From: a bacterium | GTDB lineage: Bacteria > Zhuqueibacterota > Zhuqueibacteria > Residuimicrobiales > Krinioviventaceae | NCBI GenBank assembly: GCA_963675755.2 | Contig: CAXXMD010000003.1 | Location: forward strand, 544,001-608,000 | Reading direction: 5' to 3' | DNA: 64,000 bases | Shown: piece by piece, positions 31,904 to 41,744 of the stretch | How positions within the stretch are numbered: position 1 is the first letter of the stretch | How the letters are laid out: each line of letters opens with the position of its first letter | Program-made: the position numbers and the translations under genes | Notes under the pieces: generated by a model | The model's input: only the letters and a program-made list of their open reading frames with translations | The model's database searches: none | What the model was told of the DNA's origin: nothing

Positions 31904-34366
31904 CTATTTTTGTGCGGCCAACAGATACGAACCATCTCTGTCGGTTTTTAAATCATATACATACCATGTCTTTTCCACAACCTCTACCAGTTGCGCTGAA
32001 CGATTTTCAATAGCCGGTACCGGCTGTTGCTTGCATAAGGGATTCGGATTCTCTCCTTTAGCGGATTCAAAAGCTCCTGATGATAACAATTGCAGCGGAA
32101 CCGCGCTCTTGATTCGGCAGTTGCCGCCAAGAGGAGATTTAACCAGCACACTATCCATTGCACCATCCCGCCATTTCACATCAAATTCAAAACCTCCACG
32201 GGCCTTGAGTCCGCTGAATCCACCATTTGCCCATGCATCCGGCAATGCAGGTAAAAGATGTATCTCACCGGCATGGCTTTGCATCAACATCTCGGTTATA
32301 CCCGCGCAGCCGCCAAAGTTACCGTCAATCTGGAACGGCGGATGGGTATCGAATAAATTGTACAATGTGGATTTGGCAAGCAGAGCCACCAGATTTTCAT
32401 AAGCGCGTTCAGGTTGCAGCAACCGGGAGAAAAAGCTGATAATCCAGGCCCGGCTCCATCCTGTATGTCCACCGCCATTTGCCAAACGATAATCAAGTGT
32501 ATTGATTGCAGCCTGTGCAAGCTCCGGTGTATGCGGCCAGGTAATCTGCCGTCCGGGATGTAGTCCAAACAAATGCGAAACATGCCGATGTCCGGGTTCC
32601 ACTTCTTTAAATTCGTGCGGCCATTCCATTATACGGCCGTCTTTACCAATACGGATGGGTGTAAGCTGTTTACGCAGATCAACCAATTCATTATGAAATT
32701 CAGCATCTGTACCCAACACATCGGCTGCTTCAATACAGTTGCTGAACAGATCATAAATGATCTCGGTATCTACAGTGGTCCCCATATTCAAAAATGCAAC
32801 TTCACCGGACGGACCATAAAACCTGTTTTCGGGTGAACCCGAAGGGCCTGTTACCAAGTAACCGGTTTTGGGATCTTTGACCATATAGTCTACAAAGAAC
32901 AAGGCCGCCTCTTTCATAATGGGATACGCTTCCTGTAAAAAAGCCTTATCACCGGTATACAGGTAATGCTCCCACAAATGCTGACTGCACCAGCCAATAC
33001 TCATGGGCCACATGCCGTATTGAATATTACCAATGGGTTCTGTCCACCACCACACATCTGTAGTATGGTTGGCGGTAAACCCTCTGCTGTTATATACATG
33101 TTTGGCAGTTCTGCGTCCGCTTGCGCGCAAACTGTCAATCAATGCAAAAAATGGAGTATGACACTCGCTCAGGTTGGTGACCTCCGCGGGCCAATAGTTC
33201 ATCTGAATATTGATATTGATATGATAATCCGAGTTCCAGGGCGGTGTTAAACCATCCACCCAAATACCCTGCAAATTGGCCGGCAGACATCCGGGACGTG
33301 AACTGCTCATCAGCAGATAACGCCCATATTGAAAATACAGCGTCTCTAACCAGTGGTCCTGTTGACCGTTTTTGACATTCTCTAACCTCTGGTTCGTGGG
33401 GATATCATCCTGAAAAGTATCAGTCAGTTGTAATTTTACACGACCGAACAACTCCTGGTGTGCCTTTATATGATCGTTTTTAACGGATTTTAAATCTTTA
33501 TTAACACCCTGCATGTTTTTTTCACATAAAACATGTGGGTCCTCTCCTCTATAATTTGTAGCCGCGGCCAGATACAGCACCAGGGAATCCGCGTTTTTCA
33601 CCGACAATGTCCTGGCACCTGCCTGAAGCGTGCCACCGGCAGGTATTGCTTTTAATTGCGATTCATAACGAACACCTTTACCATTTCCGTCAGTAACATG
33701 CCCGGCCATGATCAGCATATCATTTCCCTCAGCTTTGACATCAAATTCAGCGGGACGGTCAATCGCCAAATCCACTGTAATCTTGCCTGGTTTGTCGGAT
33801 GTCAGTACCACAACAATCACCTGATCAACAGGCGATGAAAAGACCTGTCGTTTATATTTTACGCCATCCACAACATATTCAACACCAGCAATAGCGTCAT
33901 CAAGCGATAAAGATCGTTTATAATCAGTATATGTTCCGTGCCCCGGGAACGTTAATTTCAGATCACCCAGGGTTTGATAGGTATGGTAATTGTTATCGTA
34001 ACGAGGCCCCATCACTTTGTCTTGCATTACTTTTTCGGCCTCGTTATATTTGCCGTCAAAGAGTAATTTGCGGGCCTCCTGAACGTATTTCCAGGCATCC
34101 TCCTGCAGGCGACTGGTCTTTTCTCCGGTCCAAATCGACTCTTCGTTCAATTGCACACGCTCATGCTCAACCGTGCCATATACCATTGCCCCCAAGCGGC
34201 CGTTACCAATAGGCAATGCTTCAATCCATTGGCTTGCGGGTTCTGTATACCACAAGGTTAAATCAGGTTGATTAATGCTTAACGTCTCTATAGTATTGCC
34301 AGACATTCCACAATTAACTGACAAACAGCAAATTGTGATCAATAAAAAACCCAAGTATCGTTTCAT
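31904..34366 (-). CDS. GH95 alpha-1,2-L-fucosidase-like glycoside hydrolase
   Basis: ALPIGNGRLGAMV, QYGRYLL, PANLQGIW, NINIQMNYW, HRHVSHL, PFQIDGNFG; start moved to ATG 34366 (signal peptide). Confidence 0.93.
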   Translation of the reverse strand: MKRYLGFLLITICCLSVNCGMSGNTIETLSINQPDLTLWYTEPASQWIEALPIGNGRLGAMVYGTVEHERVQLNEESIWTGEKTSRLQEDAWKYVQEARKLLFDGKYNEAEKVMQDKVMGPRYDNNYHTYQTLGDLKLTFPGHGTYTDYKRSLSLDDAIAGVEYVVDGVKYKRQVFSSPVDQVIVVVLTSDKPGKITVDLAIDRPAEFDVKAEGNDMLIMAGHVTDGNGKGVRYESQLKAIPAGGTLQAGARTLSVKNADSLVLYLAAATNYRGEDPHVLCEKNMQGVNKDLKSVKNDHIKAHQELFGRVKLQLTDTFQDDIPTNQRLENVKNGQQDHWLETLYFQYGRYLLMSSSRPGCLPANLQGIWVDGLTPPWNSDYHININIQMNYWPAEVTNLSECHTPFFALIDSLRASGRRTAKHVYNSRGFTANHTTDVWWWTEPIGNIQYGMWPMSIGWCSQHLWEHYLYTGDKAFLQEAYPIMKEAALFFVDYMVKDPKTGYLVTGPSGSPENRFYGPSGEVAFLNMGTTVDTEIIYDLFSNCIEAADVLGTDAEFHNELVDLRKQLTPIRIGKDGRIMEWPHEFKEVEPGHRHVSHLFGLHPGRQITWPHTPELAQAAINTLDYRLANGGGHTGWSRAWIISFFSRLLQPERAYENLVALLAKSTLYNLFDTHPPFQIDGNFGGCAGITEMLMQSHAGEIHLLPALPDAWANGGFSGLKARGGFEFDVKWRDGAMDSVLVKSPLGGNCRIKSAVPLQLLSSGAFESAKGENPNPLCKQQPVPAIENRSAQLVEVVEKTWYVYDLKTDRDGSYLLAAQK

Positions 34367-34450
34367 AATACCCTCAATTTTATGTATTTGTAATGTAAAA
34401 AAAATACATATAAAAAACATCTTTGAATTATTTTTTCACTGAAATATTAC

Positions 34451-34479
34451 TTGCATTGTGGCAAGTCAAGTGGTATATT
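34451..34479 (+). promoter_or_regulatory. Putative sigma70 promoter of the phosphoesterase-mgl operon
   Basis: TTGCAT, 17 bp, TATATT with TG extension. Confidence 0.45.
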
Positions 34480-34518
34480 TCTTTATTTATTAATAGTTTT
34501 GAGAAAACAGGACAATTT

Positions 34519-35247
34519 TTGAAGTACGCAATAATATCCGACATTCACAGCAATCTGGCCGCACTCGAACAGGTACTAGAGTATATCCATAATGAAAAAT
34601 GCGACAGCACCATTTGCCTTGGTGATATTGTAGGATATGGCCCGCATCCCAATGAATGTATTCAGCTTGTTCGCGATTATACGGATATCGTCATTGCCGG
34701 CAATCATGATTATGCCGCCGCCGGCCTGACAAATATGGATTATTTTAACGTCTATGCTAAAAAAGCAATGGATTGGACCATTGCCAACCTCAAAGATGAA
34801 TATACGGAATATCTCAGGTCACTGCCTCTAACCGCGGGAATAGACCAGGCATATCTGGTTCATGCGGCGCCCATGTCCCCTGAAAAATGGGGCTATATTT
34901 TCACTCCATATCAGGCGCAGTTGAACTTTGAACATTTTTCAGAACGTTGTTGTTTTATTGGTCATTCGCATTTACCCATTATTTTTCAGAATAACGACAA
35001 CGAAGAACCGGTTACAATTTATGATACTAAATTGGAACTTGAAAAGGACAAGAGATATATAATAAACGTCGGCAGTGTTGGACAACCGAGAGACCACCAA
35101 CCCACCGCTGCTTTTGGTATTTTAGATACTGACAACGCTTTTTTTCATATCGTTCGTGTTGAATATGATGTGTATACTACGCAAAAAGCAATGATGGCGC
35201 GTGACTTTCCTGAATTTCTCATAGAACGCCTAAAACATGGCAGGTAA
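34519..35247 (+). CDS. Calcineurin-like metallophosphoesterase
   Basis: SDIHSN, GDIVGYG, GNHD, GHSH, NVGSVGQPRD; likely TTG start at 34519. Confidence 0.88.
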   Translation: MKYAIISDIHSNLAALEQVLEYIHNEKCDSTICLGDIVGYGPHPNECIQLVRDYTDIVIAGNHDYAAAGLTNMDYFNVYAKKAMDWTIANLKDEYTEYLRSLPLTAGIDQAYLVHAAPMSPEKWGYIFTPYQAQLNFEHFSERCCFIGHSHLPIIFQNNDNEEPVTIYDTKLELEKDKRYIINVGSVGQPRDHQPTAAFGILDTDNAFFHIVRVEYDVYTTQKAMMARDFPEFLIERLKHGR

Positions 35248-35261
35248 CGAATTATTAGTAT

Positions 35262-35792
35262 ATGGTGGAACCCGATATGGAAACAAATCACAAAGAAGCT
35301 TTTAATAACCGCATCGTTTTTTCTGAAAAGACCTATCAAAACATTATCAGCATCTTGACTGAACTGCGCACACGCCTCAACGCCAAAATCACAATTTTTG
35401 CGGATATGAACGGGTATCCTATCGGATATGATGAAACGGTACCCGCAATTGACATCACTTCACTTACGGCTCTTGCGGCGGGTACATTCTCAGCAACATC
35501 CGAAATGGCAAAAATGGTACAGGAACAGGATAAATTTCGTTTTATTTATCTTGAAGGCAAAGAGAATAATATTTACATGTGCAATGTTAGTAAAGATTAC
35601 CTGATCATTGTCTTGTTCGACAAGAGTGTTGCAATGGGTATGGTAAGAATTCTTACCCACAATACAGTTGAAAAACTGTCAAAAATATTGGATGAACTGT
35701 CAATGGAGAACCAACAGGCATCCAAATACATAGACATAGAGTTTAAATCTATGCTTAATAAAGAATTGGATAAATTTTTCGGAATTGACTAG
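35262..35792 (+). CDS. mglB: MglB-like Roadblock/LC7 GTPase-activating protein
   Basis: ADMNG..SLTALAAGTFSAT..EG..VLFD..MGMVR; C-terminal amphipathic helix; directly upstream of mglA. Confidence 0.85.
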   Translation: MVEPDMETNHKEAFNNRIVFSEKTYQNIISILTELRTRLNAKITIFADMNGYPIGYDETVPAIDITSLTALAAGTFSATSEMAKMVQEQDKFRFIYLEGKENNIYMCNVSKDYLIIVLFDKSVAMGMVRILTHNTVEKLSKILDELSMENQQASKYIDIEFKSMLNKELDKFFGID

Positions 35793-35798
35793 TTTTAT

Positions 35799-36371
35799 AT
35801 GTATATAGATCAAAACAGACAAGAAATACAGTTCAAAATTGTATATTATGGGCCGGGTTTGGGTGGTAAAACAACAAACCTGGAATATATCCATGCCAAT
35901 ATTGATCCCTCAATTCGTGGTGAACTGGTTAGCCTGAAAACCAAAGACGAGCGCACGCTCTATTTTGATTTCATGCAGCTAGAACTGGGACAAATCAAAA
36001 ACAAAAAACCACGTTTCCATCTCTATACAATCCCCGGACAATTGCATTACAGCTTTAGCCGTAAAATCATCTTGCGCGGTACTGATGCCGTAGTCTTTGT
36101 TGCAGATTCCCAACCCCTGCGAATGGATGACAATCTTGATACCCTGCTTGACCTGGAACAAAAGCTGATTGATCAGGGCGCTTCACTGGATTCTTTTCCA
36201 TGGGTTATGCAATATAACAAAAGAGACCTCGCCAATTCCATGAGTATTGATGAAATGCAGTCTAAACTTAATTTTTTAAACGTTCCCTATCACCAGGCCA
36301 TTGCAACAAAGGGAAACGGAGTTTTTGAAACTCTGAAAACAGCCATCCAACTGGTTATAGAAAAAATGTAG
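35799..36371 (+). CDS. mglA: MglA-like small GTPase
   Basis: KIVYYGPGLGGKTTNL, ERTLYFDF, TIPGQ, FVADS, QYNKRDL. Confidence 0.93.
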   Translation: MYIDQNRQEIQFKIVYYGPGLGGKTTNLEYIHANIDPSIRGELVSLKTKDERTLYFDFMQLELGQIKNKKPRFHLYTIPGQLHYSFSRKIILRGTDAVVFVADSQPLRMDDNLDTLLDLEQKLIDQGASLDSFPWVMQYNKRDLANSMSIDEMQSKLNFLNVPYHQAIATKGNGVFETLKTAIQLVIEKM

Positions 36372-36379
36372 AGGAAGAC

Positions 36380-36814
36380 ATGCCAGGCTTTCCCAAAAAC
36401 GGAAAAAATACACCGCACCATCACCAAAACAACTCGATACAAGTTAAAATAGAAACCATACTGACTAACCTGGTTAATAGCGGTCTTTACGATGCCATCT
36501 ATTTGTTTGACGAAACCGGCTTGCCCATCGTTCAACGAAAGAAAAGCCAATCCTTTAGTCATGACATTGAAACCGTTGAAGTTACCACGCTTATGAATCA
36601 GATCAAATCTTCAACAACACGTATTGAAGAATTTGAAAAACTGAACGAGATCATTATTGAAAGCAGTACCGGTAAAAGACTAATCTTTCGGTTTATTGAC
36701 TTTTTTGGACAAACAGCTACCCTGGTTGCAATCATCCCCCAGGGAAAAAGCTACCGAAACATGACCAATAATCTGCTGCGTACCCTTGACCGCTTGACAG
36801 AATCGGAATTGTAG
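36380..36814 (+). CDS. Probable second Roadblock/LC7-like protein
   Basis: AIYLFDETGLPI pattern and size; position in the mgl operon. Confidence 0.55.
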   Translation: MPGFPKNGKNTPHHHQNNSIQVKIETILTNLVNSGLYDAIYLFDETGLPIVQRKKSQSFSHDIETVEVTTLMNQIKSSTTRIEEFEKLNEIIIESSTGKRLIFRFIDFFGQTATLVAIIPQGKSYRNMTNNLLRTLDRLTESEL

Positions 36815-36817
36815 AGC

Positions 36818-38140
36818 ATGGCAGAGCCCGCAATTCAACGCAAACCCAAACGCATTTCTACAACCGCGTGGATACTTTACGATCTGGCGAACACAGCCTA
36901 TTCCATGAATGTGGTTTCACTCTATTTCAGCACATGGATTATTTTAACATTTCAGATGAGCGACATCTGGGTATCGCTTGTCAATTCACTATCCATGTTG
37001 TTTGTTGCTTTTACCATGCCGGTTTTGGGAGACTGGTCAGATATTAAACAAAAGAAATTAAAGGGATTAATGCTGTTCTCCCTTATCTGTATCAGTGGAA
37101 CAGCCATTATTGGACTCTTGGGCCTTACCCTGAAATCCACCGCAATACTTTTACCCATGGTTTTAATCATCTATATTGTTACTAACTATAGTTACCAGGG
37201 CGGACTCGTTTTCTACAATGCCCTAATGCCCGCTGTCAGCACCCCAAAAAATATGGGACGTGTTTCCGGTTACGGTACAGCTATTGGCTACATGGGAACC
37301 ATTCTGGGACTTATGGTGGCGCGCATTTTTGTGGAAGGCGATTTTTTCGGACTCACTTTACCCGGTGTACAAGCCGGAGGTCCCGGGGCCGCATTTATCC
37401 CCACTGCTGTTCTGTTTCTTGTATTTGCGCTGCCGGTATTCTTTTTGGTGGATGAATCTTTAATACCCGCACCCAAACAAAAAGAGTGGAAAATCAAGGC
37501 CTCTTATAAAAAAGTGATCAACAACATCAGAGATACGCAAGAACATCCCGGATTATTACGCTTTCTCATCTCCCGGCTGCTGTATCAGGACAGTGTAGCC
37601 ACAATCATTATCTATATGGGTGTATTTACGCAGGTGGTTATGGATTTTACCCTGAACGAAGCGTCACTGTTTATGATCATCCTAACACCTTTTGCTATTA
37701 TAGGATCAGCAATTTGTGGTATTTTGACCGACCATTACGGCCCTAAAAAAGTTCTTACCGTGGTAATCGTTTTTTGGGTGATTAGTCTTGCGGTAATCAT
37801 CATTTCATCCAACCGCACCCTGTTCTGGATCATGGGAGCCATCATTGGCATTCTGTTGGGATCGGTAGAGACCTCATCCCGCCCCTTACTCATTACCCTT
37901 GCACCGCGGGAAAAAATGGGCGAGTTTTTCGGGATCTATGCACTATCGGGAAGATTGGCGGCCATAATCGGTCCACTGGTATGGAGCGCGGTAACATTTT
38001 CATTTGGCGCCTTTGGTGATGTGTTTAAATTCAAAGCTGCCATAGGCGCACTGGCTATAATCATGATTTTGGGACTCTTGGTACTGCTGCCGGTCCCGGA
38101 TTTTCATAAAAAAGTTAAAAAATTACACGTTCAAAGCTAA
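36818..38140 (+). CDS. MFS transporter (UMF1/ATG22-like)
   Basis: AWILYDLAN, VFYNALMP, GRVSGYG, GEFFGIY; about 12 TM segments. Confidence 0.88.
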   Translation: MAEPAIQRKPKRISTTAWILYDLANTAYSMNVVSLYFSTWIILTFQMSDIWVSLVNSLSMLFVAFTMPVLGDWSDIKQKKLKGLMLFSLICISGTAIIGLLGLTLKSTAILLPMVLIIYIVTNYSYQGGLVFYNALMPAVSTPKNMGRVSGYGTAIGYMGTILGLMVARIFVEGDFFGLTLPGVQAGGPGAAFIPTAVLFLVFALPVFFLVDESLIPAPKQKEWKIKASYKKVINNIRDTQEHPGLLRFLISRLLYQDSVATIIIYMGVFTQVVMDFTLNEASLFMIILTPFAIIGSAICGILTDHYGPKKVLTVVIVFWVISLAVIIISSNRTLFWIMGAIIGILLGSVETSSRPLLITLAPREKMGEFFGIYALSGRLAAIIGPLVWSAVTFSFGAFGDVFKFKAAIGALAIIMILGLLVLLPVPDFHKKVKKLHVQS

Positions 38141-38146
38141 AAAAGC

Positions 38147-38175
38147 TTGACTCGAATATAAAAATACCTTATATT
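38147..38175 (+). promoter_or_regulatory. Putative sigma70 promoter for the small gene and the tRNAs
   Basis: TTGACT, 17 bp, TATATT. Confidence 0.55.
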
Positions 38176-38182
38176 TACTTCT

Positions 38183-38455
38183 GTGACTATGGACAAAAAA
38201 AGTACAAAACCAAACACAGCCAAAAAGTCGAATAAAACCTTTTTGGATTTTTCAGCCCGCAACTATCAAATTTTCGGAGCTGCGTTGGTTGTAATCGTTT
38301 TGGGTTATTTTGCAATGGCCCAACCCCCTGCGGAAGGTGCTATGTCTTTGACAGTTGCTCCCATTCTGCTGGTCATTGGTTACTGTATTTTGATTCCTTT
38401 GTCTATTTTCTGGCGCCCTAAAAAGCAAGCCAGTGCCACAACAATGGGCGATTAG
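38183..38455 (+). CDS. DUF3098-like small membrane protein
   Basis: F..RNY...LGYFAM...LTVAPILLVIGY; stop codon lies inside tRNA-Val. Confidence 0.7.
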   Translation: MTMDKKSTKPNTAKKSNKTFLDFSARNYQIFGAALVVIVLGYFAMAQPPAEGAMSLTVAPILLVIGYCILIPLSIFWRPKKQASATTMGD

Positions 38456-38520
38456 CTCAGTTGGTCTAGAGCACCTGCCTTACAAGCAGGGGGTCGCTGG
38501 TTCGACTCCAGCATCGCCCA
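38446..38520 (+). tRNA. tRNA-Val (TAC)
   Basis: GGGCGAT acceptor stem, anticodon arm CCTGC-CTTACAA-GCAGG, GGTTCGA T-loop; CCA not encoded. Confidence 0.95.
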
Positions 38521-38601
38521 CAGCCGCAAGGCACATCAAGATAAAAGATTTTTATTGCATCTTGATAAAAAAAGCACTAAGTTGTTAGTGCAAACCCAAA
38601 C

Positions 38602-38678
38602 GGGGTCGTGGTGCAGATGGTTAGCACATCGGCCTGTCAAGCCGAAGGTCGCGGGTTCAAGTCCCGTCGGCCCCGCCA
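38602..38678 (+). tRNA. tRNA-Asp (GTC), integration target of the island
   Basis: GGGGTCG acceptor stem, anticodon arm TCGGC-CTGTCAA-GCCGA, GGTTCAA T-loop, 3' CCA. Confidence 0.95.
38628..38676 (+). repeat. att direct repeat (tRNA-proximal), 49 bp
   Basis: ATCGGCCTGTCAAGCCGAAGGTCGCGGGTTCAAGTCCCGTCGGCCCCGC, identical at 61168-61216. Confidence 0.95.
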
Positions 38679-38759
38679 TAAATTAAGCAGAATCAATCGA
38701 TTACAGTGATTACTCACTCGGCTTAATTTACATCAATTAGTACCAGTTTGTACCTCTAC

Positions 38760-38779
38760 TTGGCACAAATCTGGCACAC
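38760..38779 (+). repeat. Putative integrase arm-type binding sites
   Basis: TTGGCACAAATCTGGCACAC, matched by TTGGCACAAATGTGGCACAC at 61068-61087. Confidence 0.7.
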
Positions 38780-38785
38780 AAAATC

Positions 38786-38814
38786 AAGCCCTTGCAAATC
38801 GCAGGGGCTTTTTT
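38786..38814 (+). terminator. Island-supplied terminator for the tRNA operon
   Basis: AAGCCCTTGC-AAATC-GCAGGGGCTT followed by TTTT. Confidence 0.7.
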
Positions 38815-39188
38815 ATTTTCATTGATAGAATTCTCAGGTATATAAAAAACCCTATCCCCTTTTTTAGGGGGGGTAGGGTGTTGGGCTTTAGGGTCATCCA
38901 AATTGTTCGACGAGTTTTTTGAAATTGTATAAATATACATTATTAGTTTGAAATATAAATTAGATGCTATTAATTATATCCTGGACACAACAAAAAGAAA
39001 GACTGAAAGTTACCCGAAAAATCTAACACGGAGAGAAGCTCGTTTATGATTAAACTGATTTACAAAGTTATCAGGTGTATTTAATTCAAACTTAAATGAA
39101 TACGATTGTATTTATAAATAATCCCAAGAAGTTTTTATTATAGGTTAAAATGGACCAATTTTAGGATTTAAAGATATTAAAATTATTA

Positions 39189-40211
39189 TTAATTGCTTTT
39201 TAAATCATTTAAGTGTTTTAAGTTTTCTTTATACCAATGTTCAAATTCAGGAGGTCGTGGTTCTGGACACTTTTCAAAAATAATATTTGCTTCCTCTCTA
39301 TGCATTATTGCTGTTTTAATATCGTTCAATTTTCCAAATTGTTCTCCAATAAAACTTTTAATTTTTGCTTTTTCCAAATATAGGTTTGGATTTGTTTGTG
39401 TTTTTGTATCAAAATCAAGCATCTTATAGGCTTTTTCCAAATTAGCTGTTCCCAATGTTAACATATTCTTACCACCCCAATGGCCTTGTGCTATTCCCAA
39501 GTTCATAAAAGGCATAAAATGATTGGGATCATTATAAGTTGCAATAGTTGAAAAGAAAATTGAACGATTTAATCTTTCAAGGTCATTAAATCCCCACTCC
39601 TCTCTTGGGATATCATAATCTTTATATGACAAATATAGAAAACCCAAAAAGGAAGCAGCAACCCAGTTATTATTATCAGCATCATATGCTTTATGATATT
39701 GTATTAATGATTCATTATATCTTTTTTGATTAAATAATGAAAAGGCACGTTGTGCATAATAGCGAGAAATGTTTTCCGTTTTTATTTCTGCAGAACTTCC
39801 ATCTGGCGTATTAATTGATCCAAAATAATTATTTACTTGATTATTTTGTTGATTAACTTGTAAAAATGTTAAAATAGATTCTCGAAGATTATCAATTGAT
39901 TTCTCTAGATTCTTTAAATTTATTTTTAAAAAATTTCCAACACTCAAACTTTCAATAAAAGGCAAAAAAAGTAAACCAATAAAAAGGAATAAAAGTGTAA
40001 TACCATAAAACGAATTGATTCTTTCAAAATCATTAATAAATACTGTAAATACAATAATTAAAGAGAATAACCAAATAAACACAAAAGCACGTTTTTTTTT
40101 ATCGTTTCTTATTTCAAAAGGTATCAATAAAAATAAACCCAATGGATATAAAATCATTACTGTTATAAGTAATAATACTATTACTTGTGGCCATGTTGGT
40201 AATAAAAACAT
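39189..40211 (-). CDS. Membrane-anchored TPR-like protein
   Basis: About 3 N-terminal TM segments; TPR-like YNESLIQYHKAYDAD and PFMNLGIA; GAGG RBS. Confidence 0.7.
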   Translation of the reverse strand: MFLLPTWPQVIVLLLITVMILYPLGLFLLIPFEIRNDKKKRAFVFIWLFSLIIVFTVFINDFERINSFYGITLLFLFIGLLFLPFIESLSVGNFLKINLKNLEKSIDNLRESILTFLQVNQQNNQVNNYFGSINTPDGSSAEIKTENISRYYAQRAFSLFNQKRYNESLIQYHKAYDADNNNWVAASFLGFLYLSYKDYDIPREEWGFNDLERLNRSIFFSTIATYNDPNHFMPFMNLGIAQGHWGGKNMLTLGTANLEKAYKMLDFDTKTQTNPNLYLEKAKIKSFIGEQFGKLNDIKTAIMHREEANIIFEKCPEPRPPEFEHWYKENLKHLNDLKSN

Positions 40212-40493
40212 TTCAACCTCACATTATTAGGATAATTAATTTCCAAGAACATGCGTTAAACTGTCTTTTTTGAAATAATTCGTTTGTAAAGAATCTTTAT
40301 ATGATATTTCTCTTTATTAATTCCGTTTTTCTCCTGCCATAATATGCCTCTCCTTTCTCCATCTTTTGGCTAAATAGTATCTCTTATGGAAATCAGTAAA
40401 ACATTCCACATAGTTCTGAATGGTTACAATTGATTAATTATTCAACATGTTGGTAAATGGAAATAAACATTAAAGCCTCGAAAAGTATTAAAA

Positions 40494-41723
40494 CTAATCA
40501 ATTTGTTGTCTTAATATTTCATAATATAAATTGATTAACACTGATCGGGCTTGCAGAGAATATTTTAAATCAGTGAATTTATCCGATTGGTCAAACCATT
40601 TTTCTGAGTAAGAGCCATCAATAATAGAAGTTAATTCGATATCAAATAACTCTCGAATAATTTTCTCTTCATATTCCAATTGTTTTGTCCAAAATGTGTA
40701 AATATAGTTTTCATCAAAATTTTCTTCATAATTACTTTTTGGTATTTTTACATGTTTGTGTAAAGAATCCTTTACGGGTTGCGATTCGTTTAATGCAATT
40801 ATCAGTTCATCTATATTTATCCTATTAATAATGTTTACAATTTTTTGCTCTGATTCATTTTTTAGTTTGTTATAATTTGTCATAAAAGTATTAAATTCAT
40901 TTTTTATCTTTAAATAGTCTTTTCTAAATTTTTTTAATTCTTTATTTCTTTCATTTTGTTCATAATTTACTTTTTCTAAATTTATGTTTTGCTTTTCAAT
41001 TTTTTCCTCATACTCTTTTTTTAAATCATTTATTTTATCTTCCCATTTATTGTCAATTTTCTTAAATTCAATTCTCAACGTATGTTTTGAATTTAATAAT
41101 TTCTGTTTTTCCTTTTGTAATTTTTCTATTTCAGAGAGTTGTTTTTTATTAAGTTCTTGTAATTTTTTCAATTCCTTATTTTCTTTGTAATTTTTTTTGT
41201 TAACTGCAACATCTGATTTTTTTTCATTTCTTGATAATTTGTCAGATGTATCACTTCCCGCATTAATTAACTTTTTCATTTCCTTTTGTTGATTTTCATC
41301 AAAAACAATTGGACTGAAATATAAAAAAATACTAATATGATTATTATTTTCAAAAATATCACATAGTTGAGAAAAAATATCATTAGGTAAAGCATATCTT
41401 CCGTTATCTAGTTCTTTATCTTTTACCCATTTTTTATATTCATTAGATTGAAAATATGGATCAAGTAAATTTTTATATTCATTATGATAGTTGTACCAAT
41501 CTAAAAACAATGAAATTACATGATCCATTTGTAAATTATCATTTAAAACTTTATAAATATGTTGTTTATTCGATTTTTGAATTCTAAAACCGCCAAACGT
41601 GCACTTATTTCTTAAAGTCTTTTTAGAATTGATGAACTTTTTTATAGAATCCCATGGGATAGAATCTAACATATTAATTAAATCTTGTTCTTGTTGGATT
41701 AGCTCTTTATAACCTTTTATCAT
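40494..41723 (-). CDS. Hypothetical coiled-coil protein, last gene of the defence operon
   Basis: 409 aa with a long K/E/N-rich central heptad region; 21 bp after the upstream gene. Confidence 0.75.
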   Translation of the reverse strand: MIKGYKELIQQEQDLINMLDSIPWDSIKKFINSKKTLRNKCTFGGFRIQKSNKQHIYKVLNDNLQMDHVISLFLDWYNYHNEYKNLLDPYFQSNEYKKWVKDKELDNGRYALPNDIFSQLCDIFENNNHISIFLYFSPIVFDENQQKEMKKLINAGSDTSDKLSRNEKKSDVAVNKKNYKENKELKKLQELNKKQLSEIEKLQKEKQKLLNSKHTLRIEFKKIDNKWEDKINDLKKEYEEKIEKQNINLEKVNYEQNERNKELKKFRKDYLKIKNEFNTFMTNYNKLKNESEQKIVNIINRINIDELIIALNESQPVKDSLHKHVKIPKSNYEENFDENYIYTFWTKQLEYEEKIIRELFDIELTSIIDGSYSEKWFDQSDKFTDLKYSLQARSVLINLYYEILRQQID

Positions 41724-41744
41724 AAGTTATTACCATTAAGTCAA

